Source: Elsinoe ampelina
Lineage: Eukaryota
DNA length: 64,000 nucleotides
Assembly (NCBI GenBank): GCA_010093995.1
Contig: ML992511.1
Location: 171,917-235,916, forward strand
Direction of reading: 5' to 3'
In this document: in pieces, positions 50,074 to 61,862 of the stretch
How positions within the stretch are numbered: position 1 is the first letter of the stretch
How the letters are laid out: each line of letters starts with the position of its first letter
Notes under the pieces: generated by a model
What the model saw: the letters and a program-made list of their open reading frames with translations, nothing else
The model's database searches: none
What the model was told of the DNA's origin: nothing
Position numbers and translations under genes: made by a program

Positions 50074-50846
50074 CTACGTATCAATAATCATACTACTCCC
50101 CTGCTTCACCTCCCCATTCCCGGCCGTGACCTCCCCGCCCATCACCATTTTACCGCCCGCGTCGCCTCCCTCGCCGCCATCGCCTCCGTCGCCTCCGTTG
50201 CCGCCGTCGCCTCCTTTTCCTTGGATGGTGGTTGTGGGACCGGTGGTGGAAGACGTGGCGGGTTGGGTGAGGTTTTCCTCGGAGGGAGGAGGGGGAGGGG
50301 GGTTTTCTTCTGGTGGAGGAGGGGGTGGGTCTTCGTTTGAGATTGAGGCTTTGGGGGTTGTGGTTTGGGGCAGGGGCTCGGTGGTTTCTCGGGAGGTTTC
50401 GCTGGAGAGCTCTTGGCTTAGGGAGGCGAGGAGGGCGGATTTGGTTTCGGGGTTCTTGGGATGGTGTTAGTGGTTATCGGACGGAGGTGAGTGATAGAAA
50501 AGAGGGAGTGAGATCATAGAAGTCGAAGTGGAAGGGAAGAGGAGACGAGGGATGGGTGATGGTTTTTGTAAGGACAGGACGGGAGATGACTTACGGCGTT
50601 GATGATGCCCATGATCTGCTCGGTTTGGGCTTGGATTTGCTGCTGGTTTGGATCATCGGCTGGCGGTGGAGGAGGTGGTGGTGGCGGTGGTGGAACTTCT
50701 CCATCGGTGGGTGGTGGCGTTGTCGTCCCTATCTTGGCATCGGCAGGTGCTCCACCTCCTTGGGCCTGCTCCTGAGGAACAGGGATGGCGGCGACGGTCA
50801 ACGCCTGGGCGAAGAGGAGAGCGGTAGTAGCTGCCAGCAGTTTCAT
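50074..50846 (-). CDS. Small secreted Pro-rich / Gly-rich (GGX repeat) protein, ~210 aa
   Basis: Signal peptide MKLLAATTALLFAQALTVAA|IPVPQ. Exon 50595-50846, intron 50455-50594 (GTAAGT..CTAAC..AAG), exon 50074-50454. Poly-Pro tracts and GKGGDGGNGGDGGDGGEGGDAGG. Confidence 0.75.
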
Positions 50847-52995
50847 GGTGAAAAGAAAAAGTGAAACGTGTCGTGTAAGCAGATAGGTAACGATGATGTG
50901 CCGGGTTCGAAGTGGCTTCCCTGAGCGGATATTGTCTTATAGTATCGGAGCTCTGCAATGCAAGAAAGGAATTGACAGCTGTTTAATGATCGCGCTATGA
51001 TACAAAGGAGACATTGGTACCATGCAGAGCTTAGACAGATGGAAGTAAATGATAGGGAGAACCTACCAGCAAAGTTTGCCCATTGGGCGATGGAAGCATG
51101 CTCCATGGGAGAGCCACTCCATCCTACCAGTAAGAAAGGGGCAGCAGCTCAGACAGATAGACTGACCACCGGATGAAACAGCACAGTGTATCGTGTTTGT
51201 GGATGACTGCTTGAGTGAGTGTTTTACTTGCTCGGAAGATCTCATTGGGCCAATCGCACGGCGATTACAAGGCAGAGGTATGATCTACAGACCGCCAGGA
51301 TGAAGCTACGCCGCATTACCAGGCACCGTGGTTCAATCTCTCAGCAAGGATTGGTCGTTATTGAGCAGAAGGACGATAATCTGAACAAGTGTCTGTCGCA
51401 GGTGAAGTAGTTGGATGCGCAGCTCACCTCAGCCTGATGCGTTTGCCAAGACATCCGACAGGAGGAGGTGGTCCGCTGACATGGCGAAGTGACAGCATTC
51501 CACAAGTAGCATTATGAGGACAGTGCATGTAGCCAAAGTAGCGTTTTGTGGTAGTCCACACTGTTGAGCGACAGGCCGGACCGGTGGAAGACGATTGTGA
51601 CTTTGCAATCCTAATGTGCTCGTTGCTCTTGAACTTTCACTTGATTACAGGATGTCTGCGATCCGTCAATATCGCACCGGTGCTGCAGTACAATTGTCGA
51701 AATCCTCTTTGTTGGAGACATTTTGCTTGACAAATAAGCTGTTGAAAGGGGGAAGCTGAACGCTGAAGGCAGAGGAAGTCGATACAGCTTCGGCGCTAGA
51801 CCCAAATGGTATTTTCCATGGCCAAGAGAAAAGCGTGGCATCCACAACCTCCGCATTCGTTACCCTTTTCCTCTTGGACAGAGGCCTCAACAGACGCACC
51901 CCAGGTCCCTGCTGGGACGATTGTGGGTAACAGAGCGGGGACGGACTTGGAGAGTGATGCGGGAGGGGAAGAGCATCACAGAAACTCATCATGGCTGCAT
52001 ACACGATATGCAGGGTGAAGTAACAACCAACAAGCAGCGGCGCACACTACCAGTCCACAGCCCGTCAGGCGTCGGTGAGGATGCAGAACTGGTCGTCATC
52101 GAGCTCCTTCATATTCCTGCAACGACTCGTGGGACGTCGGATGCATCGGGCAAGATATCCCTGATCGCTGGCAGTGTCCGGGCAGCGATCTGCGCCATCA
52201 CGATCAGATCACATGAAACGAAAGACCTTTCTGGACACGTCTCCGACTTTCATTCGGCAAGAGGGGAGAGAAGGAAAATTGTCAAAGCGGCCACTGGGTT
52301 TGCAACAAAATTCACTCAGTGCTGAACATTCCCGGCCATATTCAATAATAGACAGCGGGTCTTTTCGCGGCGGGAAGCAGAAAGCGCACAAAAGCACAAG
52401 CACTTGCGGCTCAAAATTTGGCGTCGATCCAAAAGCTTTTTGGCGCGGCTTCGCATGCTTTGGCAGAGCTTGCTCGGAGCTAGACGCCCTCCGATTCGCT
52501 CGTCTTGCTCTGATCCTCGACGGCAACCACAATTCGTGACCGTTGCTGACGTCAAGCTATACTACCCACACACTCACATTTCCAGCTTGTGCAGATGATG
52601 CCGTCGTATTTCCAGTCTCTTTTGGACGGTCCACTATGCCGAGCACCGGGCCTCTGACGTCCTTGTCCTGTCCGTCAAGCGTCTCAGCATGCATCGTTGT
52701 CGCAGCAAAGCTTAAGCTTTATAGTGCGCCTGCCAACTCTGCTCGACATGCTTTCCGTGCTTGTTGCGCTTAATACTGCTTGCTTCCCCGCCACAGGCTA
52801 GTATTCATTCTCACCAGACTTTGTCTTTGCAGCGCACTGCATTATTCAAGGGTGCCGGGTCAGTCCTCTTATATATATACACCTCTCTATCTCTCCGCAT
52901 GATTGCGTCTTATCTCACTTTATTGCTTTCTCCCCCAACATTGATATCACCACTATCCTCAACCAACCAGCGAGCGTAGCTGGCAATCTGCCAAC

Positions 52996-54699
52996 ATGCG
53001 CTTCCTCCCTCCTATCGTACCCCATCGTGGTGTCAAGAAGCACTCCACCGCCGACGGCAGTACCTCCGACCTTGAAGAAAAGAAGGATGGTCGTGTCGAG
53101 TTGCAAGAGGAGGATTGCTACGACCAGCTCGGCTTCAGCTTCCCTTGGATCAAGAAATGGACCATCCTCACCGTCATTTTCGTGGTACAATGCTCCATGA
53201 ACTTCAATGCCTCGGTCTACGGCAGCTCCGTCGACCAGCTTGCGGCACCAAAGGAAGAGGGCGGCTTCGCCCGCTCCCCTCAGTCGGCCCGCATCGGCCA
53301 AGCTGTCATGCTCATCTTCTATGCCTTTGGCTGTGAGCTATGGGCGCCATGGTCAGAAGAGATCGGTCGTTGGCCTGTCCTCCAGGCTTCTCTGTTCCTA
53401 GTCAACATCTGGCAGATTCTCTGCGCTCTGGCGCCCAACTGGGGCTCCATCTTGGTTGGTCGGGCTCTCGTCGGTCTCTCCTCCGCTGGTGGCTCAGTCA
53501 CTCTCGGTATGGTCGCAGACATGTGGGAGCCATCCACCCAGCAATTCGCTGTTGGCTACGTTGTGCTCTCCTCAGTCGGTGGCTCAGTCCTCGGTCCCGT
53601 CTTCGGTGGCTTCATCGGTCGCTACCTGCCCTGGCAATGGAACTTTTGGGTTCAGCTCATCTTCGGTGCTGTCACCCAGGTCCTCCACTTCTTCTTGGTC
53701 CCGGAGACCCGCACTACCGTGATCATGGATAAGATCGCGAAGAAGGCGCGCAAGTCGGGAGAGAATCCAAACTTGTATGGCCCCAACGAGATCCGTGGGT
53801 CTCTCTTCAAGCGACTTCCACCCAAGGAGCTCGCCACCACCATGCTCCGTCCATTCCGCATGTTCCTCACCGAGCCGATTGTGCTCTGTCTGTCGCTCCT
53901 CTCCGGTTTCTCCGACGCCCTGATCTTCACTTTCCTCGAGGCTTACCATCCAGTGTATGAGCAGTGGGGTTTCGGCACCATTGCCCTCGGTCTCTCCTAC
54001 CTTCCTCTATTGATCGGCTATTTCATCGCCTGGTTCACATTCATGCCATTCTTCGCTCGCGACCAAAAGTACATGGCAAAGCATGGAGCCGAGGCTATGC
54101 AACCAGAACGTCGTCTGTACTGGCTGCTATACATGGCGCCGCTCGAGACTATTGGACTTTTCGGTTTCGCATGGACATCTTCGGGACCTCAGAAGGGCAT
54201 CCCTTGGATCGCGCCCATGATCTTCTCGACTCTCGTCGGCATGGCCAACTACGCCATCTACATGGCCACCATCGATTACATGGTAGCCGCTTACGGTCCC
54301 TACTCTGCCTCTGCCACTGGTGGCAACGGTTTCGCCCGCGATCTTCTCGCCGGTATCGCAGCTTTCTACAGCGCTCCCTTCTACGAGCACTTTGAGACCT
54401 ACACTCTGGAGTATCCCAGCACAATCCTCGCGTGTATCGCTATAGTTGTCACCATCCCAGTCTACGTCTTCTACTGGAAGGGACCTCAAATTCGAGCAAG
54501 GTCCAAGTTTGCTCAGACTCTGGCCGGTGAGCGTACCCAGAGGGAAGGCAGACGAGCCAGCATGGTCACCGCCGATCAGCTCCAGCGTCAAGATGATGCC
54601 GACGCCAGCACCATGAAGAACACGGCAAACAACAGGAACAACACTAGCGAGCCAGCACAATTTGACGAAAAGAAGGAGGAAGCCGCAGATCGCGTGTAA
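52996..54699 (+). CDS. MFS transporter, DHA1 (drug:H+ antiporter 1) family
   Basis: Intronless, 567 aa, about 12 TM segments. Motifs GFSFPWIKKW, WAPWSEEIGRWP, VPETR, RPFRMFLTEPIV, PERRL and DYMVAAYG..SASA. A TATA-like TATATATA lies at about 52870. Confidence 0.93.
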   Translation: MRFLPPIVPHRGVKKHSTADGSTSDLEEKKDGRVELQEEDCYDQLGFSFPWIKKWTILTVIFVVQCSMNFNASVYGSSVDQLAAPKEEGGFARSPQSARIGQAVMLIFYAFGCELWAPWSEEIGRWPVLQASLFLVNIWQILCALAPNWGSILVGRALVGLSSAGGSVTLGMVADMWEPSTQQFAVGYVVLSSVGGSVLGPVFGGFIGRYLPWQWNFWVQLIFGAVTQVLHFFLVPETRTTVIMDKIAKKARKSGENPNLYGPNEIRGSLFKRLPPKELATTMLRPFRMFLTEPIVLCLSLLSGFSDALIFTFLEAYHPVYEQWGFGTIALGLSYLPLLIGYFIAWFTFMPFFARDQKYMAKHGAEAMQPERRLYWLLYMAPLETIGLFGFAWTSSGPQKGIPWIAPMIFSTLVGMANYAIYMATIDYMVAAYGPYSASATGGNGFARDLLAGIAAFYSAPFYEHFETYTLEYPSTILACIAIVVTIPVYVFYWKGPQIRARSKFAQTLAGERTQREGRRASMVTADQLQRQDDADASTMKNTANNRNNTSEPAQFDEKKEEAADRV

Positions 54700-55433
54700 G
54701 AACATCAAATGGTCGGAACTGGCTCTCAACACGTGGTTATGACCACTCACGACTGATTCCCCACCCGCATTGTTTATTTGATTTGGCATATATCTCCACA
54801 CAAGGACACCAGCAGATTCAGCATGAAGAAGTAGACTGCCCTTGCGGTATACAGAACTGCACACGATGGGACATACATCGACAGACGCCATTATACACAG
54901 TTTCTTTTCGACCGGTTGTAACTCTATCGAATCTAGTCATGATGAATCAACAGTCTAAGACAATTCTAATGCTCGTGCTTGTTCGTGATCTCGTGACTGT
55001 CTCATACCTTTATCGTCTGTCATCAACATCTCCCCTCCACACCCGCAAAAGTCCACGTCCTACCCCTATAGACCCGTCCCAGCCGGTCCTTTACACTAGC
55101 TATACTAAGTCGACCTGCCAGACTAGACATTTGACAGTCCGGGATACGGCTAAGAACTACCAGACGGCTGATCATCTAAGTTTGTAAGCTTTAGAGCAAG
55201 CATTTGTCGAGATAGACCCTCTACAGATCACCCTTAGTTGACCTTGAGGTTACAAAGGACTCATACCATTGCCAGTGTAGAGATCAAACGAAGCCGACAA
55301 TTGTGCCGCTAGTAGTTCTCCTCGGGCATCTCCTGTGGTTCCAATGCAGTTGCTCAAAGGACAACGATACCTCGACAAGTCCTGCTCTTCATATGGGTAT
55401 ATCCTACATGCATCTCGACCACCCCATCTCCTC

Positions 55434-56093
55434 TCACACCCCATTCTCCCCTCCCTCAGCCTTCACCCTCCCATTCCTCCCCCTCCACTCCCCCACCCCC
55501 TTCTCCACCTCCTCAACCGTCACCCCATCCCTCACCAACCTCATCGTCACCCCCAACGACTCCACATTCTTATTCCTCCTCTCATCATCAAAAAACAACA
55601 TCTCCTCAAACGGCAACCCCGTCTTCTTCCTGATCCGCTCAAAATGCACCTTCTTATCCCCCGGATAAATCTCCAGCACATCAAACAACGACCAAGCCGT
55701 CGGGCCCTTGGGCCCCTCCCCTGCCTCCCCCAACGGCACAGTGAGCAACCGCAACGCCCTCTCCGCCACATCCGGCGCACTCGTCCGACTCGCGGCCCCG
55801 AGCATCATCCCCTTCTCTTTCGCGTGCACCATCAGCCCCGCCACATCTCTGTAGAATCCAAACTTCTCCCCGTGCCGGTCTTGCACCGTCAGGCCGGCCG
55901 CGTCGGCGGGTTTCAAGGGGGGGCTGACGTGCGTGTCCACCCAGAGCGGCCACAGGGTGTAGTCTAGGTCGAAGACGAGGATTTTGGGCAGCGGGAGCGT
56001 GTCGGAGAAGCAGGCGGTCGAGGGGAGGGTGGAGGCCGGGCTGGTGGTGGTGGTGGGGGAGGTGGAGAGGGGGGCGGTGAGGGGTTTGGGCAT
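55434..56093 (-). CDS. MDP1: Magnesium-dependent phosphatase 1 (HAD IIIC)
   Basis: Motifs LPKILVFDLDYTLWP, ASRT, EIYPGDKKVHF and MLFFDDERRN. Confidence 0.92.
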   Translation of the reverse strand: MPKPLTAPLSTSPTTTTSPASTLPSTACFSDTLPLPKILVFDLDYTLWPLWVDTHVSPPLKPADAAGLTVQDRHGEKFGFYRDVAGLMVHAKEKGMMLGAASRTSAPDVAERALRLLTVPLGEAGEGPKGPTAWSLFDVLEIYPGDKKVHFERIRKKTGLPFEEMLFFDDERRNKNVESLGVTMRLVRDGVTVEEVEKGVGEWRGRNGRVKAEGGENGV

Positions 56094-56580
56094 TGTGGGT
56101 GGGTTGGTGCAGGACTGGTAGGGTGAGTTGTTGTAGAGGGGGAGGGCGAGGAGGAGGAGGAGGGTTGGGTAGATGAAGTAGTTGGAGGAAAAAGGGCGCC
56201 AGTGTGAGAGAGGAAAAAGTTGGGATGACGTTGGAAGGAGTTTGTGAATCGCCTTGCCTTTTCATGATTGACCTAATGCCTACAAAATTGCTCACACTAG
56301 ATATGACTACATAGTTTCCATGTTTCAACAACGGGAGTAATAATTAGGAGCATAGACGGCACGATTGGCAGATAACATGTGTTGGAAACTTTGATGCTTG
56401 ATTCTGCTCCATGCTTGTTTCGCATGCTTAGTATCTGCTAACTAACCACTAGCAGCCTGACTTTGTGATCTCTGGTAGTTGTACACTGAGCATAACCCAA
56501 GCTCTCCGTGATCACCCATCGGAAAGCACGCTTGCCTTCGTCGTCGCTCCCGAACCCCTTTGTCACCGCTCCTGCTCCCC

Positions 56581-58787
56581 TCAGTCGTACTCCAGGCAGT
56601 CGATAGACTCCAGCAACATCCAGATCTGCGAGCTCTCGTCCCTGGTCCTCCAGTCGTATTCGGTACTGAGACTGTCGTGCAGCTGACCCCACTCGAATGC
56701 CTTCCTTTGCTGACGCTCACTCAGAATGCTCAACAAATCCTCCGGCATGGCGAAGCTCAAGATGCGTTGGCAGACAGTGAGTGGCAGTTGGCATCGAAGG
56801 CTCTTGTCGCTATAGCCGTTGGACGCTCCCTTCTGCTGGACCTGCAACTTCTTCATATGCTCCACCTGCCATTCCTGATATGCGACTGACATGTTAGGAC
56901 GCAAGGCTGGTCGATCCAACTGTCTACCAGACCTGCTCATTGCCAGGCGTCGAGCGATATCACTGACGAGGGGAGATGAGGTGCTGGTAGTGTCAGGAGA
57001 CTGACTCCTATTCCCCATGTCGAATGACTTGGACAGATTGGCATTGCGCTTCAGCCTTCTAAGCTGTTTGTTGGACCTTGGCTGCTCCTTGATCCAGACT
57101 GGCTCGTTGTATGCTCCTCCAGGACCAGGAATCGGAGAGCTAAAGTCGGTTGAGTAGTCCACTGGCGTGCTGACAGCGGTGGCGGCCCAGGTCTTGCCCG
57201 GTTTGGTTGGTGACGGTGACGAGTCTGGCGAGTCCTCTGGAGTGGAAGGTCTCGGAGGTAAGAGTGCCTCGTACAAGCTGGGGCTGCCAACCGGAGTCTG
57301 CCTCTCAAGCGGATACCCAAATTCGGCAATCAGGTCGTCCATGGTTTGGTTTGCTGCACCACCAGAAGTAGCCTGTCCATCAGGAGCCTCCTCCGGCTCA
57401 TGCTCCACACGGCGAGGTGCCAGAACGTAAACCTTGCGCGAGATCTGGAATGCTGCCATGCCGGCCGTCCAGAGCTCGACGCTCTTGTATCCTGCCAGAT
57501 CAATCGTGTTTCGCTGGATCTTCTTGATTGTACGTTCAAGCTGCAGTTCCTCAGTGACTTCTTGATTGGCCGCGAACCTCTTGCTAAGAGATACCGCCCT
57601 TGCCCTGCCTTCCTCTGCGGGAGAAGGGCTGCTACTGTCAGCGAAATGTAAGCCGTTGAAAGTTGCATGTGCTCACCTCGCTGGAGTCGAGTCAATCTCG
57701 CCCGAAGTGTCCTCGTCCAGGCCATCATCTCCCCCCGTGGTAGTTTGCAATTTGCTCTTCTTGACTTCTCTGGCGTTTGTTTCGGTAAGTTCGAAGAGCT
57801 CAATGCCCGTCTTGCTCATCGCCGATGCTTCCTTGGTCCATATGAGCTCGAATGGCGTGTCCCATGTTTCCGTACGTCTCATAATGGCACATGCGAATAG
57901 AGCACCATGATCGCTCATGCCCGTGTCGACTACTGTCAGTATCTTGCCAGTGGGCAAACGCTTGACTGGAGATCCATCTATGCTCTTCCTGGCGGGAACA
58001 GACCTGCTCGGTGTTGCAGGAGGAGCGCCCAGGATCAATTCGTGAGGTTCATACGCAATGGTCAAGCCGGAGACGCTCAAGTCGGTAGGATCATCGTGCT
58101 GGAGAGAGTCCCTCCTCTCGGAAATACTGGTGGTACCTTGGGACACAGCGCGCATGGAAACTTCCCAGCATCTCGGACCCAAGTCTTTGTTGTGACTCAA
58201 GTCCAGTTGCTGCAGGTTCTCTGATCCACAGTATGTGGCTGCGAAACGGAGCCACTCTACACAGTCGGATTCTGTGACCACGGAGATGTTGTTGCTGGAC
58301 AAGTTGAGGTGCTGCATATCCGGAGCATTCTTAAGGACCTCGGTCAGTCCACGAACGGCGTTGATGGTGAGGTCGTTTCCAGAGATGTCCAGGGCTACCA
58401 GTGCGAGATCCGGCCTAGCTTTGAGAGCTGCTGTCAAGGCCTCGGCGATGAGACGAAACCCCTCGTCCGTGAGTTTTTTGTCCGGAATTTTGATCTCGAA
58501 CCTGGTCTGGGCAATGGTCGTCGTGGCTCCAGTAGTTGTGGCAGTTCCAGTGGCAGCAGTGGCGGCAGCAGCGGCATCGGCATCGGCGGCATTCACACTT
58601 TTCCTGGACGTACCTTTTGGTTTGACAGTCTTTACAGCTTGCGCGGCCTTTTTCCAGAAATCACCAGCGATGGACGCTCCTAGCCTTTCGCCACTAGAGG
58701 TCCGCTATGGAGGTGGTCAGTACATAGATGGGCAATGTTTCGGACGGTGATACTCACATTGGTGTAGTCGAAATTGGAACGCACCAT
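56581..58787 (-). CDS. Leucine-rich repeat (RNI-like) protein of unknown function
   Basis: Short first exon MVRSNFDYTN (ATG 58787, GTGAGT intron). LRRs LVALDISGNDLT, MQHLNLSSNNIS and LQQLDLSHNKDLG. A second intron near 57630-57676 joins the two track ORFs; C-terminal QIWMLLESIDCLEYD. Confidence 0.8.
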
Positions 58788-59333
58788 GATGACGACGTCG
58801 ATAGGATGGAAACAACTTTTGGTAGGTATCAGGTCGCAAGAGATGGCCTCCAAGGACCGAGGAGGATGGGTTTGGTCAATGTAGAAGGCGCAAGTGTGCA
58901 AAGAGGAAGGAGCTGAATAGAACGCGTGTGAAGTTTTCGACAGAACTCATCTTTTCTGAATTGCATTAAAAGGCAGCAGACGTGGCCCAATCAGAAGTGA
59001 GGACGTGACAAACGAGAGCTTTGGAGGTGGCATTATCACATGTCAAGGTCGTCCGTTTGTCGGCAGGGAAGAGTGACACTCTCGTTTGGACATATCCAAC
59101 AGCGTAATCATTGCACATCATGAGCAATGTCGTCATAACGCATTGTACGAAGCACAGCAATTCGAATCAAAAGTTGGAATACAAGTCCAAATCAGGAGGA
59201 TATCAAGGAAGGAAGGTCAAGGTTGGAAGAGGTGAACGGCTTTATGTGGATGCTGACTCAGCCAAAAGGTGGCCCTTCTGCACCTCAGTGTCCCAACTAC
59301 CACAACCAATCTTGATTTTATCAAACAATCACA

Positions 59334-59952
59334 ATGTCAAGCAAACCCACACGGCCAATGTCGGTGGCTGTGCCTCCCCCTGCGGTATCGAAGCCTCCAT
59401 GCAAGATAGATCCTACTGCCATCATTTCGGACAAGGCAGTCCTGGTAGGAACACACCCAATCACCATAGGTTCACGGACGGTCCTTCACCCATACGCCAA
59501 ATTGGATTCTACCAATGGTCCAATCACTTTAGGCAGCAATTGCATTATCTCTGAACGAGCAAACGTTGAGGCTCAAAATGATGTCAAGGTCGACGATCAT
59601 GTCAGCATCGAAACTGGAGCATTGGTCCAATCCAGCAGAATTGGGCAGTGCTGTACAATCAGTGCATATGCTCTATTACAGACAGGTACCCAACTTGGGC
59701 AGGTAAGTGGTTATGTACAGGTATGTGGATACACATTTACACTTGCAGTTCTGCAAGATCACCCCAAAATGCACCTTGCCGCGAGGTACTGTTCTTCCCG
59801 ACTTCACTGTCGTTCTTGAAAAGGGCCACCAGCGTCTTGACACTACTACGTCCAGCCGGCGGGATATCCAAGACCTTAAGATCAAAGGTCAAGCTATGCA
59901 CGTCGATACCCTGAAACGCCTGATCCCTAGCAGCATCGCCAAATGGGCTTGA
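59334..59952 (+). CDS. Dynactin subunit 6 (p27)-like left-handed beta-helix protein
   Basis: Hexapeptide repeats (IDPTAIISDKAVLVG..ITIGSRTVLHPYAKL..GPITLGSNCIISE); intron 59703-59748; FCKITPKC..LPDFTVV. Confidence 0.8.
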
Positions 59953-59984
59953 GCCCAAACGCCAACGCTCTCCTCCATTAGCAC

Positions 59985-60797
59985 TCAGCCGCCCGATTTG
60001 TCCTGGAAAGCGAAATTCTCCTTCCAATGCCAGCCTGCTGGAGTATATCGGTACAGAGAGAAGCCTTCAGCAGTACCGAAACATGCTTCCCACTGGTCCT
60101 TCACATCGCGAAAGGCTCTGTCAACTTCTTGGCTATCATCGACCTTGTTCATGATGGTGAAATGCGCCTGGAAGCTAAAGTCTTGCTGGCTCAGGAATTT
60201 GCTCCACTTTCGAACCAGCACTGTGTGGACAATCCGAGAAGCGTTACCGCCATGATCTTTGGGCATACCAACTGCAATTCCCTTCTTCAGCTTGAAGGGA
60301 GTGGTTGCCCCAAGCTCAAATTTAGTCGTCTTCTGAGCAAGGTCCTTAATCGCTGGTAGTATATCGCTCTCAAGCTTCGACTCTGGTAGAGCATGGAAGA
60401 GAGTTATGTGGGCATCCAGATGATTGAGCTTGGGCGGAAAGTACTTCTTCCGCAGTTCAGTCATGCTCTGATGCATGTTCCGGTCAGTTAGGAGAGTCAG
60501 AATATACATCTGCTCGTCCTCAACGTTGGTCTTGGGTTGGTGTGTCGGCGATCTCTCCCTGATATGCCCATTGGTCTCGGCATTACCATTATTCGAGCTG
60601 CTTTGTGGCGTCGGACCGTTGTGCTGGGTTTGATGGTGACCATTTCGACGTACCTGCGATACTGATGCGTATGTGGCTTGCTGAGTTGCGGACATGTTGA
60701 TGGCACAGGTCCCGGCCGTGGAAGACCAGCTTCCTCGATTTATTAGGTTTCGACCAGCAAAGTGCGCAGATCGCACGACACACCTCAGACTTGACAT
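59985..60797 (-). CDS. 2H phosphoesterase (2'-5' RNA ligase-like superfamily)
   Basis: Two HxT motifs: LRKKYFPPKLNHLDAHITLFHALP and FQAHFTIMNKV. Arg/Ser-rich N-terminus free of acidic residues. Confidence 0.85.
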   Translation of the reverse strand: MSSLRCVVRSAHFAGRNLINRGSWSSTAGTCAINMSATQQATYASVSQVRRNGHHQTQHNGPTPQSSSNNGNAETNGHIRERSPTHQPKTNVEDEQMYILTLLTDRNMHQSMTELRKKYFPPKLNHLDAHITLFHALPESKLESDILPAIKDLAQKTTKFELGATTPFKLKKGIAVGMPKDHGGNASRIVHTVLVRKWSKFLSQQDFSFQAHFTIMNKVDDSQEVDRAFRDVKDQWEACFGTAEGFSLYRYTPAGWHWKENFAFQDKSGG

Positions 60798-61862
60798 GCG
60801 AGTAGCACACGAAGGATCTCACTTGTCTCGGCCATTTTTTGATGGAGGACGGTGAACGTTATATTTCAACCAAGGTTGCTCTCCGAGTGCAAGAAAGTCA
60901 AGGCGTGACGTCAAGACCATAGCTTTTCACGACCTCACCACGACGTACTTTGGCTTTGGTTGTGTTACGGCCCATCCTTCAGCGTGTACAAGCTTAGAGC
61001 ACTGACTCTTGATCACGGCTCACACCACTATGGAGATCTAAGATCGATCGGGCAGATGCTGGTCGGGCGAATGAGATGGGATCTGGTAGAAGAATTTCTA
61101 ATTGGCTGGAGCCTCTTTGTTTCTCCGTATCGGCTTTGGTCCAGCCCTACCTCGTCCTCGTCAAGGTTCACTGATCAGATCATCCTCTATACTCTCGTTT
61201 TGACCGTTCAAGAGTATGCTTAATATCAAAGAACCATCAGCCGTTGATTCTCTGTAATACCTATACTTGAGCTCCGAGGATGTCAGTGAGCCCGAGGTTG
61301 GTCGCAAACCGTTACAAGTCAACGAACGTGGCTGAACAAAGAGGCCGAAGCCCCGAGCATGGCCGCGAGGACTGTGTCAGTCCCTACGATCTCAACATGC
61401 CGATAAGTACCAGTGCATCTGGAATCCTCAATCAGGAGCTGTGATAAGATTGCCCTTCAAATCCTCCTTTTCAACTCCATGTCACGACAACGGACCTGCA
61501 TATCGACGCCCTGAAACTCGTGGCATTGGCAACACGCAATGCAGAAAGTGATCAGACCCCTGCCGGCATGTTTCCCAACGGCGCCTCCGCATTCGTCGGA
61601 ACATGGTGTCAACGGCTGTATTGCCACCATGTTCGATCGACCAGTCGAATTGCGGGATTGGGACTGAGTCTGACGGGCTGGGGCAGGTTTTGATGCATGC
61701 TCGGCGACGGTTCATGGTGAGTGAAGCCGTTGACACTGGCATCTAATTGCCGGGACTCTATCTTGTCAAGCATTGAAAAGTGGCTGTCTCCACGATCAAG
61801 GATCTGTGCGATTTTATTTCGTCCTCCTTGCGCATATGATTCAAACTACAGTACCTCACAAG

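Noticed and set aside
56581..58787. LRR gene as an NLR or heterokaryon-incompatibility gene
   Set aside because: No NACHT/NB-ARC P-loop, HET domain or amyloid motif in it or its neighbours.
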